Assembly: GCF_051668705.1 (NCBI RefSeq) | Contig: NZ_CP196351.1 | Coordinates: forward strand, 10,809 to 42,808 | Reading direction: 5' to 3' | Length of the DNA: 32,000 nt | Source of the DNA: Parasphingorhabdus sp. DH2-15 | Lineage (GTDB): Bacteria; Pseudomonadota; Alphaproteobacteria; Sphingomonadales; Sphingomonadaceae | Part shown: positions 18,529 through 27,807 of the stretch, one piece after another | Position numbering within the stretch: the first letter of the stretch is position 1 | How the letters are laid out: every line of letters starts with the position of its first letter | Notes under the pieces: generated by a model | Databases searched by the model: none | What the model was told of the DNA's origin: nothing | Seen by the model: the letters and a program-made list of their open reading frames with translations, nothing else | Position numbers and translations under genes: made by a program

Positions 18529-18668
18529 ACCAACCCGCTTAATTTGAAGCGCCGGATAAAAGCCTCTCGCTTTGCTGTAATGGGAGTTGCAGCCAGCTGG
18601 TGAAGGCGGTGCGGATAATCAATCGAGGAGAGGCCTAACGCGGTCAGGCAGACCGTGGGTGTAGAATT

Positions 18669-19142
18669 ATGTTTGCGACGGACTATTTCGATGCGATTTC
18701 CGAGGATGCTGTTTCTACAGCCGTGCGGATCTCTGATAAACCAGCCCTGATTTCCTTTTTGTCAGAACAGTTTTCGCGCAATTACGGGCTTGATCCGATA
18801 GTGTGTGAAGCAACTTTGACAGAACGCGAGACTTTGGGATCGACCGGCTTTGGCCGCGGGATTGCTATTCCACATGGTCGCATTTCCGGCATTTCCGCGC
18901 CTGTCAGCGTGATTGTGCAATTGCAGCACCCTGTCGATTATGGTGCGGTCGATGCGCAGCCTGTTGATCTGGTCTGGGCGCTATTATCTCCAGAAACCCA
19001 AGGCGCTTCGCATTTAAAAGCTCTGGCCTATGTTTCGCGCATGTTGCGCAAAGAATCGCTGGTGCAACAATTGCGCGGTGCTTCCAATGCCAGCACAGCT
19101 TATGCATTGGTCAGCGAACAATTGCGGCAAAACGCAGCCTGA
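18669..19142 (+). CDS. ptsN: PTS IIA-like nitrogen regulatory protein PtsN (EIIA-Ntr)
   Basis: The phosphorylation-site region GFGRGIAIPHGR is present, and the gene has the conserved position after hpf. Confidence 0.9.
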   Translation: MFATDYFDAISEDAVSTAVRISDKPALISFLSEQFSRNYGLDPIVCEATLTERETLGSTGFGRGIAIPHGRISGISAPVSVIVQLQHPVDYGAVDAQPVDLVWALLSPETQGASHLKALAYVSRMLRKESLVQQLRGASNASTAYALVSEQLRQNAA

Positions 19143-19143
19143 T

Positions 19144-19623
19144 ATGGTTGAGGGTGGGAACGAAAAGCACGCAGACGCCACGGGGGCAGAAGCGCATTAC
19201 CGTGCTTTGGAATCACTCTATGCAAAGGCACCAGTCAATCGCTATTTCGAATCGCACCTGTCAGTAACCGGAAAGGGAAAGGCGGAGATTCGCTTTTTGG
19301 TGAACCCTGAATTGTTCCATGCCGCTGGGGCTGCGCATGGCACGCTTTATTTCAAAATGCTGGACGATGCGGCCTTTTATGCCGCCAATTCACTGGTGAC
19401 CGACCATTATTTGCTGACAACCGCTTTCAACCTGCATTTTACCAAGCCAGTCAGAGAGGGAGAGTTGATTGCCATGGGCCATTGGGTCAGTGGCAAGAAA
19501 CGCATATTGGTTGCAGAATCACGCTTAATCGATAGCGAAGGCGATGAAATAGCGCGTGGCACGGGCACATTCATGCGATCGAGAATCGCGTTGAGCGGCC
19601 TACCCGGCTATCAAAACCTCTAG
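19144..19623 (+). CDS. PaaI-family hotdog-fold thioesterase
   Basis: AAHGTLYFKMLDDAAFYAANS...G..I.A.G.....GKKRILVAESRL pattern. The preferred start is the ATG at 19144, directly after the ptsN stop. The ORF-track start at 19030 overlaps ptsN. Confidence 0.75.
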   Translation: MVEGGNEKHADATGAEAHYRALESLYAKAPVNRYFESHLSVTGKGKAEIRFLVNPELFHAAGAAHGTLYFKMLDDAAFYAANSLVTDHYLLTTAFNLHFTKPVREGELIAMGHWVSGKKRILVAESRLIDSEGDEIARGTGTFMRSRIALSGLPGYQNL

Positions 19624-19636
19624 CTACGGACAGACC

Positions 19637-19984
19637 ATGGCATTGGAACCACGCTTAAATGCCGCTGTAAAAATCCGCGCTATGCGGCAAATGACAGAGC
19701 AACAAGGTGGCTTTGCAACAGTGATTCGCAAAGGTGATGAAACATCCGGGGCGATATTGGTACAATGGCTAAGAAATGGCAGAATTCCTGTCCTTTTTGA
19801 GCAAATGCCCAGTTTTGATGAACCTGGAAAATGGGCCATAATCCAAGAACAAGATATTGAAAATAAAGAGAAATACTCCGATTATCTTGATCGGCGCTGG
19901 CAAAGAGACAGTGATATTTGGGTAATTGAACTGGATATCGCAGATGAAAAACGGCTCGTCGGACTATTGGAGCATTTTCGTTGA
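19637..19984 (+). CDS. DUF1491 family protein
   Basis: PRLNAAVKIRAMRQMTEQQGGFATVIRKGDETSGAILV matches my recollection of the DUF1491 N-terminal pattern. Confidence 0.7.
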   Translation: MALEPRLNAAVKIRAMRQMTEQQGGFATVIRKGDETSGAILVQWLRNGRIPVLFEQMPSFDEPGKWAIIQEQDIENKEKYSDYLDRRWQRDSDIWVIELDIADEKRLVGLLEHFR

Positions 19985-20216
19985 CTTACCATGTGTGAAC
20001 CGTATTTGGGCTCTCATTGATAATACGTAGGCAATCCGCCTGTTGGGCAAGAACGTCCACAGGCTATACCAGAATTTGGGTATATGTGATGAGCGCGCAG
20101 ACGGAGAACAGAACAGAGTAGTGCATTCCCATTCGGCATTTTATGTCATGGGCTTCCAGATTAGGATGAATATCTATCACTTCGCTGCGTCGGTTAACCG
20201 CAATATTTGTTAAAAT

Positions 20217-20939
20217 ATGAGCAAAGTTCTTAAAGCCGCGAGTGCGGTCGCTATCGCTGCGTCGACACTCTCAATTCTGGCTAATTCGGATGCCGGTCTG
20301 GCATTCCAGCAGTCAGCACAGGCAGGCCTGATTCCTGTCGAAGAGGCTGCGCAATCGCAAAACACGGCAACACCGGTTGCTGATAATCAACAGACTAATC
20401 AAGATACGCCCAGCCAATCAGGCGGCGTTACATTTGTCGAAGGCGAAGTCGTACAAGCGCTTCCTGAAGACTATGTTGAGCGCAGCGAAGAAGAGCTGGC
20501 GCAAGAACCTGAAGCTGAAAACACTGCTGCGTCGCTGCGTGAGCTGGTCAGCCTGCAAAATGGCGCGGTTGAGCTGAGTGAAGAGATGCGCTGTCTGGCC
20601 GGCGCGGTATATTTTGAATCAAAGGGTGAACCTTTATTGGGTCAGCTAGCGGTTGCCAAAGTGGTCATCAACCGCGCGAAATCGTCACGTTTTCCGAACA
20701 GCTATTGCGGTGTTGTTTATCAGAAACGGCAATTTTCTTTTGTCCGTGGCGGAAGAATGCCTCGGATCCGCACAGGCACACGTGCTTGGCGTAATGCCAA
20801 AGCTATCGCCCAGATTGCTGATCAACAAGCCTGGTCAACCCCTGTAGACAATGCCTTGTTCTTCCATGCCCGCCGTATCTCGCCAAGATGGCGTCTGACA
20901 CGTGTTGGTACTGTCGGGAATCATGTTTTTTACCGATAA
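20217..20939 (+). CDS. Cell wall hydrolase, SleB family, with signal peptide and a Gln/Glu-rich linker
   Basis: CLAGAVYFESKGEPLLGQLAVAKVVINRAKSSRFPNSYCGVVYQKRQFSF is the Hydrolase_2 (SleB) core. A signal peptide is present at the N-terminus. Confidence 0.88.
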   Translation: MSKVLKAASAVAIAASTLSILANSDAGLAFQQSAQAGLIPVEEAAQSQNTATPVADNQQTNQDTPSQSGGVTFVEGEVVQALPEDYVERSEEELAQEPEAENTAASLRELVSLQNGAVELSEEMRCLAGAVYFESKGEPLLGQLAVAKVVINRAKSSRFPNSYCGVVYQKRQFSFVRGGRMPRIRTGTRAWRNAKAIAQIADQQAWSTPVDNALFFHARRISPRWRLTRVGTVGNHVFYR

Positions 20940-20982
20940 AATGCGATCATCATATCGGTGATCAAAAGATAGAACATATGTT

Positions 20983-21018
20983 AAAGGCCCCCGTTCAGTC
21001 CAATGAGCAGGGGCCTTT
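20983..21018. terminator. Bidirectional intrinsic terminator between the convergent sleB-like gene and dapD
   Basis: aaaggcccc (20983-20991) pairs with ggggccttt (21010-21018). The hairpin is followed by gttttg on the plus strand and preceded by an A/T-rich run that serves the minus strand. Confidence 0.75.
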
Positions 21019-21062
21019 GTTTTGCTTGGTTGGCCGATATAGGGCCATCTGATTATACTGAC

Positions 21063-21908
21063 TTAATCGCGCAACAATTCATTGATGCCGGTTTTGGAGC
21101 GTGTTTGCGCGTCGACGGTTTTGACGATAACCGCACAATATAATGATGGGCCGGGCGTGCCATCGGGCAAGGCTTTGCCGGGCAAAGCGCCGGGAACCAC
21201 GACGGCATATGGCGGGACAGAACCGCGATGGACTTCACCTGTTGCACGGTCAATGATTTTGGTCGATGCGCCCAGATAGACGCCCATTGATAAGACGGCG
21301 CCCTCACCCACACGTACACCTTCGGCCACTTCTGCGCGTGCGCCGATAAAGGCACCATCTTCGATGATGACAGGGCCAGCCTGTAATGGCTCCAACACTC
21401 CGCCAATGCCTGCGCCGCCAGAGATATGAACGTTTTTGCCGATCTGGGCACAACTGCCAACGGTTGCCCATGTATCAACCATGGTGCCTTCATCTACATA
21501 GGCACCGATATTGATAAAGCTGGGCATCAACACAGCGCCCTTGCCAATAAAGGAGCCGGCACGCGCTACAGCGCCGGGCACAACACGAAAACCGGCATCG
21601 CGGAAGCTGTTTTCGCTCCAACCTTCAAATTTTGATGGCACTTTGTCATAGGCCGGCGCTCCGGCTGATCCAGCTTGCATCACATCATTGTCATTGAGGC
21701 GGAAAGAGAGCAACACAGCCTTTTTCAGCCATTGATTGACCTGCCAGTCTCCACCTATCTTTTCCGCAACACGGGCTTCGCCTGAATCGAGCAGTGCCAG
21801 TGCTTCATTGACGCCATCGCGAACCGCACCCTGTGTGCTATGGCCTAGCGTATCGCGGGCATCCCATGCCGCATTGATGGTGCTTTGAAGATCGTTTGAG
21901 GTCATCAT
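21063..21908 (-). CDS. dapD: 2,3,4,5-tetrahydropyridine-2,6-dicarboxylate N-succinyltransferase
   Basis: Hexapeptide-repeat region (...[40 protein letters not shown]...) and full-length DapD-like sequence. The preferred start is ATGATG at 21908. The ORF-track start at 21965 adds a Pro/Lys-rich 19-aa extension. Confidence 0.92.
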   Translation of the reverse strand: MMTSNDLQSTINAAWDARDTLGHSTQGAVRDGVNEALALLDSGEARVAEKIGGDWQVNQWLKKAVLLSFRLNDNDVMQAGSAGAPAYDKVPSKFEGWSENSFRDAGFRVVPGAVARAGSFIGKGAVLMPSFINIGAYVDEGTMVDTWATVGSCAQIGKNVHISGGAGIGGVLEPLQAGPVIIEDGAFIGARAEVAEGVRVGEGAVLSMGVYLGASTKIIDRATGEVHRGSVPPYAVVVPGALPGKALPDGTPGPSLYCAVIVKTVDAQTRSKTGINELLRD

Positions 21909-22054
21909 TGAGTCTTTCTTTGGTTTTGGCTTTGGTGCTGGCTGCTCCTCGCGATTGAGGTGCATGAATCTATAGATTGCTAGCTAATGGCTTCTCATCA
22001 AACTGCAAGGGCTGCAATATCTGCTTTGCCATATCATGATAGCGATCAAAGCCA

Positions 22055-22723
22055 TTAAAACATTGCATGAATAGTATCTAATGCCTGCTCAATGCTATTG
22101 GCGGTAAGATCAATATGGTCATCATGGTGATCATGCGCCCCCAATTCCGCGCCATTATTGATCCATATTGTCGCCATGCCCATCTGGTTTGCTGGCTTTA
22201 AATTGCGGGCCATATCCTCAAAAAATACGGATTCTTCCGGCACGATGCCAAAACTGTCTAGCATTGATGTATAGGCACTGGCTTCCGGCTTGGGTTGATA
22301 GCCAGTGGCATGGATATCATGCACATCTGTAAACAGACCATCCAGCCCAAGCCTGGCCAGCACCTTTTGCGCATAGGGCGCATCGGCATTGGTAAAAATA
22401 TATTTTTCGCCCGGCAGGGCCGCAATTTGCGCTGCTAATTCGGGTTGTGGTTTTATGGCTGACAGATCGACATCATGCACAAAATCAAGAAAATGATGCG
22501 GCTCGACATCATGAAAACGCATCAGACCGGCAAGCGTGGTGCCATGATCGCGGAAATAGTCTTTTTGAACAATGCGCGCTTGCGGCAAATCAACATTGAG
22601 CAGATTTGCGATAAACTCGCCCATTTTGGCATCAATTTTGTCAAATATGGCCAGTCTGGGGTGGTATAAGGTGTTGTCCAGATCAAAGATCCAGTTTCGG
22701 CGCGATTGAAAGAGAGTATCCAT
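22055..22723 (-). CDS. HAD-superfamily pyrimidine 5'-nucleotidase
   Basis: HAD motif I WIFDLDNTLY, with the later motifs ...IFTNA... and FFEDMARNL. The preferred start is the ATG at 22723. Confidence 0.85.
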   Translation of the reverse strand: MDTLFQSRRNWIFDLDNTLYHPRLAIFDKIDAKMGEFIANLLNVDLPQARIVQKDYFRDHGTTLAGLMRFHDVEPHHFLDFVHDVDLSAIKPQPELAAQIAALPGEKYIFTNADAPYAQKVLARLGLDGLFTDVHDIHATGYQPKPEASAYTSMLDSFGIVPEESVFFEDMARNLKPANQMGMATIWINNGAELGAHDHHDDHIDLTANSIEQALDTIHAMF

Positions 22724-22775
22724 ATCCTCGCCTCTATGATGCGTGCTGCAATATCGCAATGCTTGTCATTGGCAA

Positions 22776-23975
22776 TCAGGCGGCCAGCTCGACTGCGCTT
22801 GGGCACGTCTGCTGCCACTCCGCCAGTACAGAGGTATCCTGCTCCTGCTTCTCCCATATCTCTTTTAAGGATAAGGTGTGCTGCGGATCAATTTGCCACA
22901 AAGCCCATATGGCCGCGCCGCGCACCATCGCACTTTCATCTGTTAGCAATAATGTCAGGTCTGGCAGCAGTGTGTGGTTGCCGCTATTTCCAGCGGCGAT
23001 ACATGCGTTGCGCACCATGCGGTTGCGCCCGATACGTTTAATTGCTGATCCAGCAAAAACCACTTCAAAGTCACTTTTGGTCAGCGTCAACAGGCTGTGC
23101 AAATCGGGCAGAACAAATTCTGCACGCGGCAGGAATGCGCGGTTTCTTTGTGCGGAATCGGCAAATTTGTTCCATGGGCAGATGGCCAGACAATCATCAC
23201 AGCCATAAACCCGATTGCCCATAGGTTTGCGCAAATGATGCGCGATAGGACCATCATGCTCAATAGTAAGGTAAGAGATACACTTGCGCGCATCCAACCG
23301 ATATGGTTCGATAAAGGCCGAGGTAGGGCAGATGCTTTGACAGGCCGTGCAACTGCCGCAACGGTCTTGGCCCGCCGGATCTGCAGGCAATTCCAAATTG
23401 GTATAAATTGCACCCAGAAATAACCAGCTGCCGTGGCTTTTGCTGACCAGATTGCTGTGTTTTCCTTGCCAACCCAGTCCGGACATTTGCGCCAAAGGCT
23501 TTTCCATCACTGGCGCAGTATCAACAAAAACCTTTATCTGCGGCGAACCTTTTCCAAGGCTTTTAGATGGGAGTCGCGCTTCATTTTCCACTATCCACCT
23601 TGCCAGAGTCTTGAGCGCTTTTTTGACCCATTTGTGATAATCACCGCCCTGCGCATAGACCGAGAACAGGCCATTATCCTGCTTATGAATATCGCCTAGT
23701 GGATCATGCGGCGGGGCGTAGCTCATACCCAACATAATCACTGAACGAACATCACTCCATAATGTTTGTGGGTGCGCACGCTGATCAGCACGGTTTTCCA
23801 TCCAGACCATATCGCCATGGCACCCGTCATTCAGCCATTGTTGCAAACGTTTGCCAATTGATGGGTCAAGATTTGCTGGAGCAATGCCGATATCAGCAAA
23901 GCCTATGGCTTTGGCTTGTGCGGTTAAAGCATCTCTAAATTCGCTGGCGCTTAACTTTTTATTGCGGTCTGCCAC
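22776..23975 (-). CDS. queG: tRNA epoxyqueuosine(34) reductase
   Basis: 4Fe-4S ferredoxin motifs CGSCTACQSICPTSAF and GCDDCLAICPWN, a QueG-like N-terminal domain and a HEAT-like C-terminus. Confidence 0.9.
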   Translation of the reverse strand: MADRNKKLSASEFRDALTAQAKAIGFADIGIAPANLDPSIGKRLQQWLNDGCHGDMVWMENRADQRAHPQTLWSDVRSVIMLGMSYAPPHDPLGDIHKQDNGLFSVYAQGGDYHKWVKKALKTLARWIVENEARLPSKSLGKGSPQIKVFVDTAPVMEKPLAQMSGLGWQGKHSNLVSKSHGSWLFLGAIYTNLELPADPAGQDRCGSCTACQSICPTSAFIEPYRLDARKCISYLTIEHDGPIAHHLRKPMGNRVYGCDDCLAICPWNKFADSAQRNRAFLPRAEFVLPDLHSLLTLTKSDFEVVFAGSAIKRIGRNRMVRNACIAAGNSGNHTLLPDLTLLLTDESAMVRGAAIWALWQIDPQHTLSLKEIWEKQEQDTSVLAEWQQTCPSAVELAA

Positions 23976-24056
23976 GCTAGAGCGCTATCGCAGGGTAAAG
24001 ACGTGCTGTCATATGAGCCTTCAGCATGACCAGAAAAGTTTTCAGGAGAGCGTTCA

Positions 24057-24992
24057 TTGCCAGACTATGCCATTGAGGCGCGCGGTCTTGTCAAGAATTT
24101 TGATGATTTTCGCGCCGTTGACGGAATTGATCTGACGGTCGAGCAAGGCAGTATCATGGGCATTTTGGGCCCAAATGGTGCTGGCAAAACCACGACTTTA
24201 CGGATGATATTGGGCATTATTGAGCCTGATGCTGGTATGTGCCGCTTATTGGGGCATGAACGGCCTTTGTCTGTTGCACATATGGTTGGCTATTTGCCAG
24301 AAGAACGCGGCCTTTATCCGGCGATGAAATCCTATGATGCCATTGCGTTTATGGGGGCATTGCGCGGTCTGCCGCTGGCTGAAGGGCGCAAGCGTGGCCG
24401 TGAACTGTTGGAAGAGGCTGGTTTGAGCCATGCCATTGATAAAGAAGTGCGGATGCTCTCCAAAGGCATGGCGCAGACAGTGCAGCTTTTGGGCACCATT
24501 GTACATCAGCCCCAATTGATCATTCTTGATGAGCCGTTTTCCGGACTTGATGCCTTGAACCAGCAAAAACTTGAGGGCTTGATCCGTGCTCAGGCCGAAA
24601 GCGGCGTAACTGTGATCTTTTCCACCCATGTTATCGCCCATGCCGAGCGTCTATGCGAAGATGTGGCGATTATTGCGGGCGGTAAAGTGCCCTTTGCTGG
24701 TAAAGTTAGCGACGCGCGTGACCGGTTGCGGCCTCAGGTACGGCTGGAGACGCGCTCGCGCGATGGTGAATGGCGCAAAGCGCTGCCTGATGAAGCGCAG
24801 GCAGAAGGCCGCTATTGGAATTTCACATTGCCCGAAACCGGTGTTGAGCCACTGCTCAAGGCGTTGATAGACGGAAATGCCGGTATAGAATCGCTGGCTA
24901 TCGAACGGCCAGGTTTGCATGATGCCTTTGTCGCTATTGCTGGTGAGGCAGCGGCTGCGCAAATGGATCAGCCAGAAGGGGATGAGGCATGA
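24057..24992 (+). CDS. ABC transporter ATP-binding protein (ABC-2/NatA-like)
   Basis: Walker A GPNGAGKTT, signature LSKGMAQ and Walker B LIILDEP. TTG start with an AGGAGA ribosome-binding site 8 nt upstream. Confidence 0.9.
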   Translation: MPDYAIEARGLVKNFDDFRAVDGIDLTVEQGSIMGILGPNGAGKTTTLRMILGIIEPDAGMCRLLGHERPLSVAHMVGYLPEERGLYPAMKSYDAIAFMGALRGLPLAEGRKRGRELLEEAGLSHAIDKEVRMLSKGMAQTVQLLGTIVHQPQLIILDEPFSGLDALNQQKLEGLIRAQAESGVTVIFSTHVIAHAERLCEDVAIIAGGKVPFAGKVSDARDRLRPQVRLETRSRDGEWRKALPDEAQAEGRYWNFTLPETGVEPLLKALIDGNAGIESLAIERPGLHDAFVAIAGEAAAAQMDQPEGDEA

Positions 24993-26227
24993 GCGAGACC
25001 ATAAGAGCAGCCTGGGTCATTGCCCGACGCGATTTCGCTGCGATTATCTTTTCCAAAACCTTCTTTTTCTTTTTGCTTGGCCCGCTTTTTCCTGTGGCCT
25101 TGGGGGTTGCGGCTGGCGGCCTTGCTGGGCAGGTACAGCGTGATATTGACCAGCCGAGTATTGCCATTGTCATGGACCGCGAAGAGCAGCAGTTGCTGGA
25201 AGTTGCGCATAAGGATTTGAGCGAAAGGCTCGGTCTTCGCGCTCTGCCTGCGCTTACCATGGTGGCGGTACGTAGCGATACTCAGGCGCAGATCGCCGCG
25301 CTATTAGCCGGGGAATATAAAGATGCTGGCAAGGTCGATGCGGTTTTGTCGGGCAGTCTGGAATCGCCCATTTTAACTGGGCCGCCTGACGCTATTCGTA
25401 GCTGGGAAGGTGAACTTAGCCTGTTGATCGACCATATCGCTACGGCCAGTGCTGGTGATTTGACCGCTATTGACATTGTCGAGGTTGCGCAAAGTGTTGG
25501 GGTCGAGCAGGAGCAACAGTTGAAGACTGCGCAAGCTGCGCAAACCCTGCTATTTTTGTTGACCATGCTGCTGGCCGGTATGGTATTGTCCAATCTGGTT
25601 GAAGAAAAAACCAACAAGATCATTGAGATATTGGCCGCTGCTATTCCGATTGATGCCATTTTCCTGGGCAAGCTGTTTGCCATGCTGGCAATGGCGATGA
25701 TTGGTATTGCCGTATGGGCCAGTGCCATCTTTCTGGTTCTCGCAATATTTGGCGGTGGTCTGCCAGAACTGCCAGTGCCTGCTATTGGCTGGCCACTGTT
25801 CATACTGCTTGGCATCATCTATTTTTCTATGGCCTATTTGCTGCTTGGCTCACTTTTTCTGGGCATCGGTTCTTTGGCAACCACGGTGCGCGAAGTACAA
25901 ACCCTCTCTATGCCAGTGACAATGGGGCAGGTTTTGGTATTTTTCATCGCGGTATATTCGGTGACGAAAATGGGCGAACCAGTAGAATGGGGCGCTGTTC
26001 TTTTTCCATTCAGCTCACCTTTTGCCATGTTGGCACGGGCCGCGCAGGATGGCGATGTGCTGCAACATATTGTTGCACTGGCGTGGCAGGTGGGCTGGGC
26101 CTATCTGATCATCCGCATGGGCGCAGGTATCTTCAAACGCAATGTTATGAAGTCTGGCCCACAAACCAAAAAATCGGGTTTTTTGGCTTTTCTGGGTATG
26201 GGAAAGCCCGCAAAAGCAGTGAAATAG
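24989..26227 (+). CDS. ABC-2 type transporter permease (NatB-like)
   Basis: An ATGA overlap links it to the ATPase gene. An N-terminal transmembrane segment is followed by an extracytoplasmic domain of about 150 aa and then 5 transmembrane segments. Confidence 0.85.
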   Translation: MSETIRAAWVIARRDFAAIIFSKTFFFFLLGPLFPVALGVAAGGLAGQVQRDIDQPSIAIVMDREEQQLLEVAHKDLSERLGLRALPALTMVAVRSDTQAQIAALLAGEYKDAGKVDAVLSGSLESPILTGPPDAIRSWEGELSLLIDHIATASAGDLTAIDIVEVAQSVGVEQEQQLKTAQAAQTLLFLLTMLLAGMVLSNLVEEKTNKIIEILAAAIPIDAIFLGKLFAMLAMAMIGIAVWASAIFLVLAIFGGGLPELPVPAIGWPLFILLGIIYFSMAYLLLGSLFLGIGSLATTVREVQTLSMPVTMGQVLVFFIAVYSVTKMGEPVEWGAVLFPFSSPFAMLARAAQDGDVLQHIVALAWQVGWAYLIIRMGAGIFKRNVMKSGPQTKKSGFLAFLGMGKPAKAVK

Positions 26228-26398
26228 CTTTTTCGTAGCGGTTATAGCGCAAAAGCGGCGTATTTCGTTAGGCTCCATCGATTCTGTGTTGACATCTGTG
26301 TCAGTAAGCGCACCATGTCAAAACCACCTCTATTTAGGGGTATGAGTCATAGCTGGCAAAGACCGGCATGGCTTTGAGAGGATGACAGGAGACACCCC

Positions 26399-27718
26399 AT
26401 GGCCACGCAGCCAGCGCCGACTCAGGCGACACCGCCTTTAACAACATCACCAACAGCCGCTGATGCATTGCGCGACTATTTTGCTAAGCATGACCGGCCC
26501 GGCACCGCCAATCCGGAAAAATGGGATGTGAGTCTCTCCAGCCTTTATGCCGAAGACCGCTGGCAGGAGCCTTTTCGCCAAATGCGCGCTGAAGCGCCGA
26601 TCAATAAGGTCGAGGATTCAGCTTATGGTCCCTATTGGAATATTTCTGGATATAAGGCGATCCAGCATATTGAGGCTTTGCCTGAACTGTTTTCCTCCGA
26701 TGTGAAAAATGGCGGCATCACCATAACCGATCCTGATTGGGATTCTGACTTTCAGCTGCCTATGTTTATTGCGATGGACCGGCCCAAACATACTGGACAG
26801 CGCCGTACCGTTGCCCCTGCATTCACCCCGCGTGAAATGCAAAGGCTGGAAAGCGATATCCGTGCGCGAACAGGCGAAGTGCTGGACGGCCTGCCTTGGG
26901 ACCAACCTTTTGACTGGGTGGATAAGGTGTCGATTGAGCTGACCACACAGATGCTCGCGCTGTTATTTGGTTTTCCCTGGGAAGACAGGCGCCTGCTGAC
27001 ATTCTGGTCCGATTGGGCAGGTGATGTCGAACTGTCACTTGCGCCTGAGTTAGACAGCAAGCGCCAGGGCATATTGCATGAAATGGGCGCATATTTTCAG
27101 CAGCTTTGGAATGCCCGTCTTAACAGCGAGCCGACACCCGATTTGCTGTCCATGATGATCCATAGCGAAGCGATGAGCCAAATGGACCCGATGGAGTTTA
27201 TGGGCAATCTGGTACTGCTGATCGTCGGCGGTAATGACACGACCCGCAACACAATGTCCGGCCTTGCCTATGGCCTCGACAAATTCCCCGATCAACGCAA
27301 GAAATTGCAGGAAAATCCAGACCTTATCCCCAACACTGTACAGGAAATCATACGTTGGCAAACGCCGCTAGCGCATATGCGGCGTACAGCGACGGAAGAC
27401 ACGGAATTATTTGGCCATAAAATCGCAAAAGGTGACAAGCTCGTTCTTTGGTATATTTCGGCCAACCGTGATGAGACGGTTTTTGATGATGCAGACAAGA
27501 TTATTGTCGATCGACAGAATGCACGGCGCAATCTGGCCTTTGGCTATGGCATTCATCGCTGTGTCGGTGCGCGATTGGCCGAATTGCAAATCCGCATCTT
27601 GCTAGAGGAAATGGCGGCGCGGCGGATGCAGGTGAATGTGCTGGGTGATATTGAACGCGTCCATGCCTGTTTCGTGCATGGCTATCGCTCTATGAAAGTG
27701 CAGCTGAGCAAATATTGA
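26399..27718 (+). CDS. Cytochrome P450, CYP153-like (putative alkane/terminal hydroxylase family)
   Basis: Heme-binding loop FGYGIHRCVGARLAELQ, I-helix LLIVGGNDTTRN (characteristic of CYP153) and K-helix EIIRWQTP. A GGAGA ribosome-binding site is present. Confidence 0.88.
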   Translation: MATQPAPTQATPPLTTSPTAADALRDYFAKHDRPGTANPEKWDVSLSSLYAEDRWQEPFRQMRAEAPINKVEDSAYGPYWNISGYKAIQHIEALPELFSSDVKNGGITITDPDWDSDFQLPMFIAMDRPKHTGQRRTVAPAFTPREMQRLESDIRARTGEVLDGLPWDQPFDWVDKVSIELTTQMLALLFGFPWEDRRLLTFWSDWAGDVELSLAPELDSKRQGILHEMGAYFQQLWNARLNSEPTPDLLSMMIHSEAMSQMDPMEFMGNLVLLIVGGNDTTRNTMSGLAYGLDKFPDQRKKLQENPDLIPNTVQEIIRWQTPLAHMRRTATEDTELFGHKIAKGDKLVLWYISANRDETVFDDADKIIVDRQNARRNLAFGYGIHRCVGARLAELQIRILLEEMAARRMQVNVLGDIERVHACFVHGYRSMKVQLSKY

Positions 27719-27807
27719 TCCCTATAATCCTGCCAATATTTGTGTAACTTTTCAGCGTGTTCTGACGAATATATGATTGAGTTTGATAGATATGGTGCAG
27801 GAATAGC

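Noticed and set aside
21909-21965. Pro/Lys-rich N-terminal extension of DapD ([19 protein letters not shown]).
   Set aside because: DapD proteins normally begin close to the [15 protein letters not shown] region. The extension has no support beyond an in-frame ATG. I kept the shorter start but cannot exclude the longer one without alignment or proteomics.
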